Shown piece after piece: positions 33,943 to 34,979 of a DNA stretch of 34,979 nt. Under the pieces are notes generated by a model. The model did not search any database and was not told the DNA's origin. It worked only from the letters and a program-made list of their open reading frames with translations. Every line of letters starts with the position of its first letter. Position 1 is the stretch's first letter. The DNA is taken from positions 1 through 34,979 of IMG/VR virus record IMGVR_UViG_3300034107_000557, one strand, 5' to 3'. The DNA comes from a virus. Lineage: Duplodnaviria > Caudoviricetes. The translations under genes and the position numbers were made by a program.

Positions 33943-34979
33943 AGCACGCGGTGGCCGAGTCCGTTGCCGCCGCCGCCACGAAGCCCGCCCCCGACGCGGA
34001 GCAGGTGACCGAGCGCCGCGAGGGGGCCGACCTCGAGTACCGCTCGACCTCCCGGACGATCCGCACCGTCGAGGATCTGCTCCTCCACATCGAGGCCGAC
34101 ATGGCCCGTTTCGAGGTGTCCGCCTCGGAGGCGACGAAGTGGGAGGTGGCCACCGTCGACCGCGACACCGGGAAGCCGGTCGTCACAGTCCTTCACCGGG
34201 TGTTCGTTCGGCTCCGCCCCCGCGGTGGGCCAGCCGTCGCGGAGCTCGTCGCCGCGATGATCGCCGGGGCCGCGAAGGCCGGGGGCATCGGACGCCCCAA
34301 GGCGAAGGCCGCGAAGGCCCGCCCCGGCCCGTGGCAGGTGTTGGTGGTTGCCGACACCCACTTTGCCAAGTACGCCTGGCATAAGACCACCGGGGGCGAT
34401 GACTACGATCTCGACCACGCCGATCGGCTGGTCCGTTCCGCCGGGCTCGGGCTCCTCGAGGCCGGGGACGCTCACCGCCCTGGTCGTCGCACGATTGCAT
34501 TCCTCGGGGATCTGTTTCACTACGACACGCCGTCAGCGACCACGACCCGCGGGACACAGCTGGAGCGAGACGGCCGACTCGAGCGGATGATCGAGACGGG
34601 CTCCTCCGCCCTGGTTGCCCTGGTCGAGCGATCCGCCGAGACCGCCCCGACCGACTGCGTGATCGTCCCCGGCAATCACGACGAGACGATGACCGCGTGG
34701 TTCCGGTTGCTGTTGCGGACCCACTTCGCGAAGGATCGCCGGGTGACGGTCCACAACGTCTACACCCATCGCCAGTACCTCGAGCACCAAGGCAACCTGT
34801 TGGGCTTCGCTCATGGCGACAAGGCCCGGGCCAAGCTCCCGTCGCTGATGACGTTAGAGGCCCGCGAAGCGTGGGCCCGGTGCCGATACCGGGAGATCCA
34901 CACGGGCCACCTCCACAAGCAGGCCAGCAAGATCCGCCGGGTGATCGACTCCGATGGGATCGACACGGTCGACGGTGTG
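33918..34979 (+). CDS. Metallophosphoesterase (allele 2, runs off window end)
   Basis: Homologue of 1610-2815. Confidence 0.85.
   Translation, partial: MVQQARGLKHAVAESVAAAATKPAPDAEQVTERREGADLEYRSTSRTIRTVEDLLLHIEADMARFEVSASEATKWEVATVDRDTGKPVVTVLHRVFVRLRPRGGPAVAELVAAMIAGAAKAGGIGRPKAKAAKARPGPWQVLVVADTHFAKYAWHKTTGGDDYDLDHADRLVRSAGLGLLEAGDAHRPGRRTIAFLGDLFHYDTPSATTTRGTQLERDGRLERMIETGSSALVALVERSAETAPTDCVIVPGNHDETMTAWFRLLLRTHFAKDRRVTVHNVYTHRQYLEHQGNLLGFAHGDKARAKLPSLMTLEAREAWARCRYREIHTGHLHKQASKIRRVIDSDGIDTVDGV

Larger units (their letters stand above)
32315..34979 (+). repeat. Diverged direct repeat, copy 2
   Basis: Collinear with 1-2671. Confidence 0.97.

Overview
The window holds an apparently complete genome (unit length ~32.3 kb, high GC) of a temperate siphovirus-like phage with an HK97-type head. 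The modules are: tyrosine integrase with an HTH/Xis-like gene, an early control region, replication and recombination genes (AAA ATPase, SSB, replication initiator, RusA), a fibre/receptor-binding cluster placed upstream of the terminase, HNH genes, terminase, portal, prohead protease, capsid, and head-tail and tail genes. Bases 1-2671 recur at 32315-34979 as a diverged copy. Exactly the first 127 nt are identical before the first mismatch, which suggests two strain variants joined by assembly. The most unusual elements are: (1) a cassette of membrane/secreted proteins and a papain-like cysteine protease inserted between the prohead protease and capsid genes, in a genome with no recognisable endolysin; (2) a tRNA-like RNA with no anticodon loop; (3) GGA-loop hairpin arrays resembling CsrA/RsmA binding sites; (4) twin palindromic operators with no obvious CI repressor; (5) two tandem tail-tube-like paralogues. 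A Planctomycetota host is only an inference. All calls come from reading motifs by eye, and no database searches were run.
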